The position numbers were made by a program, and so were the translations under genes. Below are positions 48,245 through 58,144 of a DNA stretch of 64,000 nt, piece by piece. The notes under the pieces were generated by a model that was given only the letters and a program-made list of their open reading frames with translations, was not told where the DNA came from and ran no database searches. The number at the start of each line of letters is the position of its first letter. Within the stretch, counting starts at the first letter, position 1. The DNA is taken from contig DASXKH010000015.1 of assembly GCA_036496915.1 (NCBI GenBank), forward strand, positions 902-64,901, written 5' to 3'. This DNA is from Solirubrobacteraceae bacterium (GTDB lineage Bacteria > Actinomycetota > Thermoleophilia > Solirubrobacterales > Solirubrobacteraceae).

Positions 48245-49063
48245 CTAGTGGATCGTGATCCACTGCGAGCCGATGATCTTCTTGGTCGTCCTGTTGCCGC
48301 TCGTGATCCAGGCGATGAACTTCGCCGCGGCGCCTTTCGGCCGGCCCTTCGTGACCATCCAGAAGTTACGCACGCCCTGGTACTGGCCGGACTTGGCGTT
48401 CTGCAGCGTGCAGGGGATGCCCTGGTAGCCGACCGCGTTCACGCCGCCCGTGAACGCGAACGACACGAACCCGATCGCGTTCGGGTCGTTTTTGACCTTG
48501 CTCTGCACGAGGCCGTTCGTTTCCTCCGCATTCGCGCTCGGGGCGATCTTCAGGCTCGGCCCGAGGAAGATGTTCTGGAAGGCGTCCTGCGTACCCGAGG
48601 AGGCGATGCGGTCCACGAGGTCGATCGAGCCCGAGATTTTCGAGCCCGGCACTTCGCTCCAGTCGCGGATGTTGCCCGTGAAGATGCCCTGCACCGTCTG
48701 CTGGTTGAGGTTCGCCAGGCGATTGCTCGGATGGGTGATCATGCACACGCCGTCGCGCGCGATCTTCGTGAACACCAGCCCGTGCGGGTCCGAGCCGACG
48801 ATCGGGTCGCGCGAGACGTCGCCGATGTCGACTTTGCCGGCGTTAACTTCGTTGACCCCCGCGTCGGAGGTGCCTTGGTTCACCTTCGGCGTCGACTGGT
48901 GCGTCGCCTTGTGGTAGGCGGAGGCGAGCTGGATCATCAGCGGGTAGATCGAGGTCGAGCCGCTCAGCAGCAGCGCGCGCGCGCCGGCGGCGGCGGGCGC
49001 GGCCAGCGTGAGGGCTGTAACGGCCAGCAGGATGGTCAGGGTACGGGTGGGTCGTCGTCGCAC
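48245..49063 (-). CDS. pstS: Second phosphate-binding protein (different PstS clade, no lipobox)
   Basis: SGSTSIYP, GTSDAG, GDVSRD, RIASSGT, AIGFVS. AAGGAG RBS; the signal peptide has no Cys. Confidence 0.88.
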   Translation of the reverse strand: MRRRPTRTLTILLAVTALTLAAPAAAGARALLLSGSTSIYPLMIQLASAYHKATHQSTPKVNQGTSDAGVNEVNAGKVDIGDVSRDPIVGSDPHGLVFTKIARDGVCMITHPSNRLANLNQQTVQGIFTGNIRDWSEVPGSKISGSIDLVDRIASSGTQDAFQNIFLGPSLKIAPSANAEETNGLVQSKVKNDPNAIGFVSFAFTGGVNAVGYQGIPCTLQNAKSGQYQGVRNFWMVTKGRPKGAAAKFIAWITSGNRTTKKIIGSQWITIH

Positions 49064-49279
49064 GGACAGGCTCCTTGTGTGGGCGGTTTCGGCAGGTTCG
49101 CTGTTACCAGGGTTTTGCCGTCGAGGATCCGTCCCCGGCGAGGCGCCTGCCAGTTTCCAGCCCCTCATCCGCGCAAACGTAAAGAAAATGTGTTCGCTGC
49201 TAGAAATATGCTCAGGCGCGAAAGAGGGGTTCGCCGCACGAACCGGTCCCGGTCGCGAATGGAGCGGTGCGGGCGAAAT

Positions 49280-49297
49280 GTTCTCAACTCGTTAACA
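49280..49297 (+). promoter_or_regulatory. PHO-box-like repeat upstream of the exported-protein cluster
   Basis: GTTCTCA-ACTC-GTTAACA, 11-bp period. Confidence 0.55.
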
Positions 49298-49329
49298 GGT
49301 CGAGGCCTCCCAGGGATCAATCTGCCGGG

Positions 49330-51333
49330 GTGCTCCCTCTGCATCGCGCACGCGGTCTTCCGCGTCGTGCGAGCGCTCGTGCCCGAACGGCGGCCCTCCC
49401 GGCGCTCGTCCTCCTGGGGTTCGCGACGCTCGCGCACGCCCCCGCGGCGACCGCCCTGATCTCCCCGGTCACGACGCTGGACGGCGCCAGCTCGGAAATC
49501 GTCGAGCTCGGCGGCGTCGCGATGGCCTCTGACGGCAGCGGTGGGCTCGTCTATCGCAAGCGCGTTGACGGCCGCCCCCACATCTTCGCCGCGCTCTACT
49601 CCCACGGCGTCTGGCAGGTCCCCCGGCGCGTCGACGTCGGCCAGCCCTTCGAATCCTCCTTCCCGGCGATCGGCGCCGGCGAAGGCGGCAGGCTGGTGGT
49701 GGTCTGGACAAACCACTACTCCTCCACGACCGACGGCCTCTTCTCCGCTGCCCTGGAGCCCGGCTCGACCGGCTTTCAGTCGCCTGTCCCCGTCGACCTG
49801 AACATCGGCCAGGCGATCGGCACGTATCCCTCGGTGGCGATGAACCTCGCCGGCAACGCGCTCGTCGCCTACCGCGTGATCACCGCCGTCAGCGGGCCCT
49901 CCACGCCGGAAATCCCGCCCGGCTACGTCAAGGCCGAAATCCGCATGGCCCGCTTCGACGGCGAGTTCTGGTCCTCGTTCGGGCAGCCGCTGAACCGCAA
50001 CCCCGCCCAGCCGATGCTCGCGCCCACCGCCGCCAACTCCCCGCGCGTGGCGATCGACCTCACCGGGCAGGGCATCGTCGCCTGGCAGGAGCCCGACGAC
50101 TCGTTCGTCAACCGCATCTACGCGCGGCGCATCTTCGGGATGACGCCCGGCAACATCCTCCAGGTCAGCCCCTCCGCCTACGCGGGGCATGCGCTGAACG
50201 GCCCCGCCGACGAGCTCGCGCTCGACACCGCCGGCTTCGGCGAGGGCGCGGTCGCGTGGCGCCAGCGGCCCGCACCCGGCTCGGGCTTCACCCGCCCGCG
50301 CGTGCTCGTCGCGGAGATCCCCTCCTCGTTCGACCCCCACGGCGCCGCCTTCGCGCCCGCGCGGATCGTCGACGGCGCCGGCGCCGAAGGTCCCGCGGGC
50401 CCGGTCGGCCCGCTCAGCCTCGGCCTCGACGGCGAGGGCGACTTCGACGTCGGCTTCGGCTCAGGCGTCTCGAGCCTCGACGCGCGCGGAACCGCAATCG
50501 GCCTCACCGTGCCGGTGCGCATGGACGACGGCGCGAGCGATATCGCCGGCGACCCGGTGGTTACGCGCGCGGACAACGGCGCGCTCGCCGCCGCCTGGAA
50601 GGTCGACGAGCACGGCGCCGGCGCTGTCGGCGTGCTCGAGCGCCGGGCGGACGGCACCCCCAACCGTCAGCTGGTCTCCGCGCCCGGCGGCGGGACCGTG
50701 CACCAGCTGCAGCTCGGCGCCTCCCACCACGGCGACGCGATCGTCGGCTTCCTGCAGGGCGATGGCGCCAACACGAAGATCGGCGCCGTCGTCGTGCGCG
50801 CTCCCCCGGGCGAGTTCGTGCTCGACACGCCCTCGGGCTGGGTCCACGCCGCGAAAGTCCCGCTGCAATGGGAAACCCCCTTGGCGGGCGCCGGCACGCT
50901 CACCTACGGCGTGCTCGTCGACGACCGCGAAGTCGCCGAAAACCTCACCACCACCGGAACGATCCTCCACGGCTCGGAGATCCCGAGCGGCGTCCACACG
51001 ATCCAGGTGCAGGCGACCGACTCGCTCGGGCAGGTCGTCGACTCCGTGCCCGCCACGCTCAAGATCGACCGCACGCCCCCGCGCGTGCGCGTGCGCGTGC
51101 GCGGCAGCTCGGTCACCGTGCGCGTCAGCGACGGGGCCAAGGGGCAGGTTTCGGGCGTCAACGCGAGCTCGGTGCACGTCCGCTTCGGCGACGGCGGCCG
51201 TCACGGCAGCGCGCACGGGCGCACCCTGCTCGGTCATCGCTACGCCGCCAGGGGGTCCTACACGATCACGATCACGGCTTCTGACAAGGCCGGCAACCGG
51301 ACCAAAGTGCGCCGGGCGGTGAAGGTTTCGTGA
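49330..51333 (+). CDS. Exported protein with beta-rich N-terminal domain, Ig-like domain and C-terminal PKD domain
   Basis: Signal ending ATA; IDRTPP; VRFGDG...HRYAARGSYTITITASDKAGN. Confidence 0.8.
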   Translation: MLPLHRARGLPRRASARARTAALPALVLLGFATLAHAPAATALISPVTTLDGASSEIVELGGVAMASDGSGGLVYRKRVDGRPHIFAALYSHGVWQVPRRVDVGQPFESSFPAIGAGEGGRLVVVWTNHYSSTTDGLFSAALEPGSTGFQSPVPVDLNIGQAIGTYPSVAMNLAGNALVAYRVITAVSGPSTPEIPPGYVKAEIRMARFDGEFWSSFGQPLNRNPAQPMLAPTAANSPRVAIDLTGQGIVAWQEPDDSFVNRIYARRIFGMTPGNILQVSPSAYAGHALNGPADELALDTAGFGEGAVAWRQRPAPGSGFTRPRVLVAEIPSSFDPHGAAFAPARIVDGAGAEGPAGPVGPLSLGLDGEGDFDVGFGSGVSSLDARGTAIGLTVPVRMDDGASDIAGDPVVTRADNGALAAAWKVDEHGAGAVGVLERRADGTPNRQLVSAPGGGTVHQLQLGASHHGDAIVGFLQGDGANTKIGAVVVRAPPGEFVLDTPSGWVHAAKVPLQWETPLAGAGTLTYGVLVDDREVAENLTTTGTILHGSEIPSGVHTIQVQATDSLGQVVDSVPATLKIDRTPPRVRVRVRGSSVTVRVSDGAKGQVSGVNASSVHVRFGDGGRHGSAHGRTLLGHRYAARGSYTITITASDKAGNRTKVRRAVKVS

Positions 51334-53492
51334 AACGGATTCTCGCCTCGAGCCAGGTCGCGGTGCTCTGCACGCTCGTCTTCGCCGCTTCGACACACGC
51401 GATCTACGGGCCGGCCGCCGGTGGGCTTGGGGCGGACATCGTCTCGGTCGATCGCGCTTCGGATGAACAGGCCGACGCGCCCACGAGCGACGCCGCGATC
51501 TCGGCCGACGGGCGGTATGTCGTGTTTCAATCGCGCGCGACGAACTTCTTCGAAAACGATGGCGTGGCGAACGGTGACCCCGAACCGCTCGATGCCTGCC
51601 GCGAGGGTGGCATCTTCCGCTATGACCGGGACACCGGCGAACTGGCGCTCGTCGCTGACGGCAGCGAGGCGGTGCTGAACAAGAATGGCGAATGCGAACC
51701 GTCGCACGTGATTCTCGGTGGCGCCGAAAGTCCCTCGATCAGCGCAGACGGGCGCTACGTCGCCTTCGATACCGCCCAGCAACTCGCGCCGCAGGACACC
51801 AATGAAAATTACGACGTCTACGTCCGCGACATGACCGTGCCGCTGTCCGCAGAACGCAAGAGCTCGGGTGCGTACACGCTCGTCTCGGCCAAGAACGGCA
51901 CCGAAGAGCCGGCTGCCTACATATCCAAAGAAACCCCCCAGCCCGGTCGCGAACCCGGCGCCGAAGTGTGGCCCAACACCGCGATCTCGGCCGACGGTCG
52001 CTACGTTGCGTTCCGTACCGGCGAAGTCAGCTCGAATCTGCCGGACGACGCTGGAGTCGAAACGCCGCCGCAACAGCTGTTCGTGCGCGACCTACAGGCA
52101 AAGACGACCACGCTCGTCAGCACCCGGAAAAAGGGTGAACCCGAAGAAGGCAAGCCAGCCGGTGGCGCCATCGGCCCCACCACGATCAGCGGGGATGGCT
52201 CCACCGTTGCCTGGGTGGCAACCAATGCGCCCTCCCAAACGCGTTTCCTGTCCGGGGAGTCGCTGAACAACAGCGAGCCCTACTACCTCTGGCGGCGCTG
52301 GCAGGAACCGGCGGCCGTCACCCGCCGTGTGACCGGAATCGCCGATCCCGACGATCCCGCGTGCCCGCCGGATGGTGAAATTACGTTGAACCAGACCTCG
52401 ACAGGCCCCTGCTATGGACCCTTGAGCGAGCCGGAGTCAGCCCTTGGAAGCATCGCCCTTACGTCTCTTGGCCTGAGCGATGACGGCTACACGGTCGCTT
52501 TCCTGGCCGGTGCTGCGCTGCGTCCGAACATCACGAAGACAAATGGCCTGGATCTCTTTCTCACGAGCATGCGACCCGGCGTGTCGCGCAAGGCCGGTAC
52601 GCGCGAGTTGACGCTGGGTGTCAAATCCGGCAACCCGGGATCGACTCCCTCGATCGAATCGGTCGCGCTTTCCCCGGACGGCTCGACGATCGCATTCACC
52701 TCTTTGCGCGACGACTTCGTGCTGCCCGAACCGGATCCAGTGGGCGCCTTCCGTTCCTTTCCGACGGTGGGCGATCTATACGTTGTACACCTGGGTGCGA
52801 ATACGCTGGAACGCGCGATTGTCAGTTACGAAGGCGGCGATCCGAACAGGTCAGTCTTGGTCAATCCGACGCTCTCCCAGGATGGCTCCACGGTCGCGTT
52901 TGTCTCGGCGGCGACCAATCTCGTATTCGGCGACGGCAATGGCTTCCCCGATGCTTTCGCAGCGACGCTCCAGGCCCCCGGCGGCACGTCCACCCCACCG
53001 GCCGGGGTCAACGCGGGCTCGGGCGGCTTCTCACTAACCGCGGTGTCATCCCCAGAACTTGGCGTGACAGTGAAGCGGGCCAAGGACGGGGGGGTCACCC
53101 TGCTAGTGGAGACACCGGGCCCAGGCAAGCTGGTCGCCAAGGCGCGGGGCTCGATTCCCAAGGCCGCCGCGGCCAGGTCGTCGCGTGCGCACAAGTCCGC
53201 CGCCCGCGCGGCGAAGGCGAAGAAGAAGCCGAAGCCTCCACCCCCAGTCCTGCTCGCGAGCGGGGCGGCGACGGCGCGCTCGGAGGGCACGACCACCTTG
53301 ACGCTGCACATCTCCGCCAGGTACGTCAAGGACCTCAAGCGCGCCGTCAGGCTCAAGGCCAACGTCGCGATCGCTTTCACGCCGCCCGCGCCGGCCGAAG
53401 CGCTGTCGGACGAAGTCTCCGCGACGTTCGTCTCCGCTTCGCCGGCGAAGAAGCCTTCGCAGAAGAGCAAAGAGAAGAGGAAGAAGGGGTGA
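51330..53492 (+). CDS. Exported TolB/PD40-like beta-propeller protein with basic C-terminal domain
   Basis: Repeated (P/A)xISxDGRYV(A/V)F motifs; D(V/L)(Y/F)VRD; Lys-rich tail ending KRKKG. GTGA overlap. Confidence 0.88.
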   Translation: MKRILASSQVAVLCTLVFAASTHAIYGPAAGGLGADIVSVDRASDEQADAPTSDAAISADGRYVVFQSRATNFFENDGVANGDPEPLDACREGGIFRYDRDTGELALVADGSEAVLNKNGECEPSHVILGGAESPSISADGRYVAFDTAQQLAPQDTNENYDVYVRDMTVPLSAERKSSGAYTLVSAKNGTEEPAAYISKETPQPGREPGAEVWPNTAISADGRYVAFRTGEVSSNLPDDAGVETPPQQLFVRDLQAKTTTLVSTRKKGEPEEGKPAGGAIGPTTISGDGSTVAWVATNAPSQTRFLSGESLNNSEPYYLWRRWQEPAAVTRRVTGIADPDDPACPPDGEITLNQTSTGPCYGPLSEPESALGSIALTSLGLSDDGYTVAFLAGAALRPNITKTNGLDLFLTSMRPGVSRKAGTRELTLGVKSGNPGSTPSIESVALSPDGSTIAFTSLRDDFVLPEPDPVGAFRSFPTVGDLYVVHLGANTLERAIVSYEGGDPNRSVLVNPTLSQDGSTVAFVSAATNLVFGDGNGFPDAFAATLQAPGGTSTPPAGVNAGSGGFSLTAVSSPELGVTVKRAKDGGVTLLVETPGPGKLVAKARGSIPKAAAARSSRAHKSAARAAKAKKKPKPPPPVLLASGAATARSEGTTTLTLHISARYVKDLKRAVRLKANVAIAFTPPAPAEALSDEVSATFVSASPAKKPSQKSKEKRKKG

Positions 53493-53528
53493 TCGCGCCG
53501 ATCTTGTGACCACTTTACGCAAAGTGTT

Positions 53529-53579
53529 GTTACCAACTTGTTATCAATCTGGAACCAAGTCGTAACTTCTCGTCACAAC
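53529..53579 (+). promoter_or_regulatory. AT-rich array of 11-bp-period repeats (PHO-box-like)
   Basis: GTTACCA (53529), GTTATCA (53540), GGAACCA (53551), GTAACTT (53562), TCACAAC (53573). Confidence 0.55.
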
Positions 53580-53699
53580 TTGATGCCGCGGCGTTACCGC
53601 CTTGTATATCTTCTGTGAACGGGCTTGCGCTCGGGCGACGGGGCGTGTGAGACTCGCTTCTGTTCCCGACCTCTGCTCGTGAAAGGACTCATCCTGCTC

Positions 53700-55760
53700 A
53701 TGCGTGCAAGCTTTCCCCTGACCGCTGAACGCGGTCGTATCCGCGCCGTCGTAGCGGCGCTCTGTGCGGTGGCCGCGATGGCCGCTGTCGCAGCCGTGGC
53801 GCCGCCCGCGGCGCACGCCGCGTTTACTATCGGACGTTGCGAAGGCGCCCCCATCGAAGGCCAGGGCTCCTCTGCTCAGAAGGAAGCCCAGCTCGAATTC
53901 TGGAGCACTACCGTCTTTCACGGCGTGGAAGGCTGCGGCGCTTCGGCGCCTCACGTGGAATATAAGGGCAACGGAAGCGGCTGTGGGATCGCCTCAATCG
54001 GCGGCGCTGCGAGTTCGATCGAATGCCTTGGCTTTACGGCGGCTGAATCGAAACCCGGGTTCCGGGCTCCATCGACCCGCTACGCCGGAAGCGACGCGCC
54101 GCTGACCGTCACCCAGCAGCTTGCGGCCGACGCCGCCGGCGGGACGAAACCCGGCGTGATCCACCAGATCCCGGTTGCCTCGTTCGCGGTCGCGATCATC
54201 GTGCACTTCCCTGAAGGGTGCAAGCTCAAGGACCCGGGCTCCGGAGCTGCCTCCAACGGCACGGTGGGCAGCCTCAATGGCGATACAAGCACCGGTGGTC
54301 CCAATGATCCGCCTGGCGGAGAAACGGGGGACAAGGCGTCCGAAGAAACTCTGCGCGTTCACATCGAAGCGTCCGAGATGGAGACGATCTGGGACGGAAC
54401 GTCTCAGACCTGGGGAAACATTGTTCCCGAAGCGGATCTCGAAGGCGAAGGCAAAACCGCCAAAGAATGCGCTGAAGTGCCGGTAATCCGGATTGCCCGG
54501 TTCGATGGCTCGGGTACTACATACAATTTCAAGGCATACCTTAGCCTGCTGCCCGGCGCACCTGCTGGTCTGTGGACGGAAGCGCCGGTTGCCGGTGACA
54601 ACTCCACCTGGCCTGAAACCTTCAATTCTGAAAAGAAGAAGCCTGAAGCCGTCACGATTACAGAACCCGTCGGTAAAAAGACATTTGAATGCAAATCGTC
54701 CAACCACATCTGTACTGCTGCCGCCGAAGGGGGCGGTCCGCTCACCGAAGCTGTGGCTGGTGTCAACGGCTCGATCGGCTACGCGGACCTAGCGACGTCC
54801 CGCAAGCACGGCTTCTACATGGAAAAGAACAAAAAAGACCACACCTACTGGATTCCGATGCAGACCGTCAGTCCGGAAAAAGGCAACGAAGTAGGCGTGG
54901 GTTACGCTGAGCCCTCCGAAGTGGCGACTTCCAATTTGGTTGCCTCGCCCGAAGGCGCCAATTGCACGGACGCCGACTACCGCGGCTTCCCAACCGAAGG
55001 GGCAGACCCGACCCTTGGCGATTGGGAAAAATCGATCGCTACGGGTAGCACTGCCAGTGCAATCAAAAACGAACCGGTTCACGCCTATCCGATATGTGCC
55101 CTGACGTATGACTTCGCATGGGATGACGACGCGCCTGTGTACGGCGAAAGTCTGGAAGAGCAGGAAAAGGCCAGGACCGTCAAGGACTACCTGGAAGGTG
55201 TCGAGTCGACCAAGGGCCAGTTCCAGTTGGCTCTGCACGACTATGGAACGCTGCCGCTCAGCATCGTGCAGATCGCCCAAAACGGCGTGAAAGCGATCGA
55301 CTGGAACAAGTCGGCGGGCTCCGGTAAAGGCAGCGAAGAAGTTGTGAAACCGCCGGAAAGTAAAACTCCGACGGTGACCACCACGACCACAACGACGGTC
55401 GTTACACCCCCCAGCAACGTCTTCTCGGTCGCAGGGACCAAGATCAAGGGCAAGAGCGTCGTGCTCTCGCTGGTCCTCCCTGGCGCCGGGAGGGTCCAGA
55501 TCAAGGCGGTCGGTGGTGGTGTGACGGTGGCCAACGTCTCGGCGAGCGTGGGCGGCGGTCAGGGAACGGTGACGTTGCCGATCTCGAGCGCTGCGGTGAA
55601 GAAGCTCGCGAAGGTCAAGGGCCACAGGCTGTCGGTCAAGATCACGGTGACGTTTACGCCCACGGGCGGAGCGGCGGCGAGCAAGACGAAGACGATCACG
55701 ATCACCCAGGCCGCGATCACGGCGAAGAAGAAGACGAAGAAAGGCAAGAAGAAAGGCTAG
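53700..55760 (+). CDS. Exported PstS/DING-like phosphate-binding protein with insertions and basic C-terminal domain
   Basis: GQGSSAQ, GSGCG, AGSDAP, RFDGSGTT, GSIGYAD, YPICALTY; AHA signal cleavage site; Thr linker; tail ending KKGKKKG. Confidence 0.85.
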   Translation: MRASFPLTAERGRIRAVVAALCAVAAMAAVAAVAPPAAHAAFTIGRCEGAPIEGQGSSAQKEAQLEFWSTTVFHGVEGCGASAPHVEYKGNGSGCGIASIGGAASSIECLGFTAAESKPGFRAPSTRYAGSDAPLTVTQQLAADAAGGTKPGVIHQIPVASFAVAIIVHFPEGCKLKDPGSGAASNGTVGSLNGDTSTGGPNDPPGGETGDKASEETLRVHIEASEMETIWDGTSQTWGNIVPEADLEGEGKTAKECAEVPVIRIARFDGSGTTYNFKAYLSLLPGAPAGLWTEAPVAGDNSTWPETFNSEKKKPEAVTITEPVGKKTFECKSSNHICTAAAEGGGPLTEAVAGVNGSIGYADLATSRKHGFYMEKNKKDHTYWIPMQTVSPEKGNEVGVGYAEPSEVATSNLVASPEGANCTDADYRGFPTEGADPTLGDWEKSIATGSTASAIKNEPVHAYPICALTYDFAWDDDAPVYGESLEEQEKARTVKDYLEGVESTKGQFQLALHDYGTLPLSIVQIAQNGVKAIDWNKSAGSGKGSEEVVKPPESKTPTVTTTTTTTVVTPPSNVFSVAGTKIKGKSVVLSLVLPGAGRVQIKAVGGGVTVANVSASVGGGQGTVTLPISSAAVKKLAKVKGHRLSVKITVTFTPTGGAAASKTKTITITQAAITAKKKTKKGKKKG

Positions 55761-55794
55761 GCGTAAGCAGCTGGCCGACTCAAGGCAAGATCCA

Positions 55795-55849
55795 AGCACA
55801 CGGCCCCGGCGCCCGGCACCGCAGTTAGGCGCCGGGTGCCGTCCGTGCT
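55795..55849 (+). other. Long hairpin after the PstS-like gene
   Basis: AGCAC/GTGCT, ACGGC/GCCGT and CCCGGCGCC/GGCGCCGGG pairings. Confidence 0.65.
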
Positions 55850-55912
55850 CCGGCGGATGTTTGTTGTGTCCGCAGTTACGACAACCACGACGACAAGAGC
55901 GCTCAAACACCC

Positions 55913-58144
55913 ATGACTGACGACGACGATATCCAGCCCGAGGGCACAGAGCCCGGAGACACAAGTCCCACGCCCGCGAACGGCCGTGCTCCGGGGGAGA
56001 TCGCCGGGGCGTCCAAGCCCCGCCCGTCGGCCTCTCGCCCGTCGGTGCGCTCGGGTCTTGCGCATAAACGCAATCCGGTGCTTGCCACGGCGGGAGACAT
56101 CGCTGTCGGTGCGCGCCGGCTCGTGTTCCGCGACAAGCTCGCGCTGTTCCTGGCGGTCGCGTCGATCGCGCTGGCGGTGACGTTCTTCGTGCTGTTGGGG
56201 TCGATCGGCCCCTCCAGCCACGGCACGGAACTGCCGATCAGCCGCGTCGTCTCGCTGGCCGAGCACAAACAGGTCGCGACGGCGACGCTGCTCGACCACG
56301 ACGATCGCGTGGAGATCGCGCTGAAGGCGCCGACGGCGGCGGGCAGCGTGCCGGCCGGGACGGCGTCCGGCGGAACCACAGCGACAGGGACGACGACTGC
56401 CGGCTCCGAACAGCTCAACACGACTTCTAAAAACGCGCCGCTGGCCACGCCCGCGAAGCTCGAATATTGGGCCGCGTACCCCGTCTCGGGCGCGCAGACG
56501 CAGGGGCTTTTGCAGACCCTCACCCGCGCGGGCGTGGTCGTGAACGTCGATCAGCAGTCGGGCAAGGCGCCGCGCGCGATCCTCGTGCAGTTCCTGCTGC
56601 CGATCCTGCTGCTCGTGTGCCTGTTCGCGCTGTTCATGCGCATCGGCGCGGACGGCGGCGCGGGCGGGATCGCGGCGTTCTCGGAGTTCACCGGCAAAGG
56701 GCGCAAGAAGGGCAAGGGCAAAACTGAAGCGATCACGTTCGCGGACGTCGCCGGCGCCGGTGAGGCCGTGGCCGAGCTGCGCGAGATTCGCGACTACCTG
56801 AACGACCCTTCGCGCTATCTGAACGTGGGCGCGGCGGCGCCGAAGGGCGTCCTGCTGGTCGGCCCTCCGGGCACCGGCAAGACATTGCTCGCGAAGGCGG
56901 TCGCGGGTGAGGCAGACGCCTCCTTCTTCTCGCTGTCGGGGTCGGATTTCGTCGAGTCGCTTGTCGGCGTCGGCGCGGCGCGCGTGCGCGATCTGTTCGC
57001 GAAGGCGCGCAAGGCGGCGCCGGCGATCATCTTCATCGACGAGTTCGACGCCGCCGGGCGCAAGCGCGGCGCCGGCATCGGGCAGGGCAACGACGAGCGC
57101 GAGCAGACGCTGAACGCGCTGCTGGTGGAGATGGACGGCTTCTCCGGCGACGGCGGCCTGGTCGTGATGGGCGCGACGAACCGACCCGACATCCTCGACC
57201 CCGCGCTGCTGCGCCCCGGGCGCTTCGACCGCCAGGTCACGATCGACGTCCCCGACGTGCACGGGCGCCTGGAGATCCTGCGCCTGCACGGCGCCAAGCG
57301 CCCGCTCGGACCCGACACCTCGCTGGAGGAGATCGCGCACCAGACGCCGGGCTTCAGCGGCGCCGAGCTGGCGAACGTGATCAACGAGGCGGCGCTGCTG
57401 AGCGTGCGCGACTCAAACCACGAGATCGACCAGGCGACGCTCGAGGAGTCGATCGATCGCGTCGTCGCCGGACCGGCTAAAAAGCACATCCTCACGCGCG
57501 AGGAGCGCTGGCTGATCTCCGTGCACGAGGCCTCGCACGCCGTCGTCACGGATGCGCTGGGGCACACGAGCTCGACGCGCAAGCTCTCGATCGTCGCGCG
57601 CGGGCGCACGCTGGGCACGGCCGCGCACATGCTCACCGACCGCGATCAGGTGATCCAGACCGAGTTCGACCTGCAGCGTCAGCTGATCGTGATCGTCGCG
57701 GGCACGGCCGGCGAGCGGATCGCGTTCGGCAGTCTCTCCACGGGCGTGAGCGACGACCTGCACGCCGCGACCTCCCTGGCGCGCAGCATGGTCACCTCGT
57801 TTGGCATGTCAACCGCGCTGGGACCGGTGACGATCGGCGAGAAGGGCGGCGAGGTCTTCCTCGGCGCATCGCTGCAGGACCTCGGCTCGGTCGGACCGTC
57901 CACGCTCGACCTGATCGACCGCGAGGTCGAGCGGCTCGTCGGCGACGCCGAAACGCGCGCCGCGTTCATCCTCGACCGCCATTGGAGCGCGGTCGAGGAG
58001 ACCGCCAACGCCCTGCTGGAGCAGGAGACGCTGTCGGGCGTCGCGCTCGACGCCGTGCTTTCGACCGTGCACGAGATGACGCTCGAGGAGCTGCGCGACG
58101 TGCGCCGTCCCGCGCCCGAGCGGGACCCGGGGCGCAGACCTTGA
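55913..58144 (+). CDS. ftsH: FtsH-family AAA+ zinc metalloprotease paralogue
   Basis: Two TMs, [49 protein letters not shown]. Confidence 0.93.
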   Translation: MTDDDDIQPEGTEPGDTSPTPANGRAPGEIAGASKPRPSASRPSVRSGLAHKRNPVLATAGDIAVGARRLVFRDKLALFLAVASIALAVTFFVLLGSIGPSSHGTELPISRVVSLAEHKQVATATLLDHDDRVEIALKAPTAAGSVPAGTASGGTTATGTTTAGSEQLNTTSKNAPLATPAKLEYWAAYPVSGAQTQGLLQTLTRAGVVVNVDQQSGKAPRAILVQFLLPILLLVCLFALFMRIGADGGAGGIAAFSEFTGKGRKKGKGKTEAITFADVAGAGEAVAELREIRDYLNDPSRYLNVGAAAPKGVLLVGPPGTGKTLLAKAVAGEADASFFSLSGSDFVESLVGVGAARVRDLFAKARKAAPAIIFIDEFDAAGRKRGAGIGQGNDEREQTLNALLVEMDGFSGDGGLVVMGATNRPDILDPALLRPGRFDRQVTIDVPDVHGRLEILRLHGAKRPLGPDTSLEEIAHQTPGFSGAELANVINEAALLSVRDSNHEIDQATLEESIDRVVAGPAKKHILTREERWLISVHEASHAVVTDALGHTSSTRKLSIVARGRTLGTAAHMLTDRDQVIQTEFDLQRQLIVIVAGTAGERIAFGSLSTGVSDDLHAATSLARSMVTSFGMSTALGPVTIGEKGGEVFLGASLQDLGSVGPSTLDLIDREVERLVGDAETRAAFILDRHWSAVEETANALLEQETLSGVALDAVLSTVHEMTLEELRDVRRPAPERDPGRRP

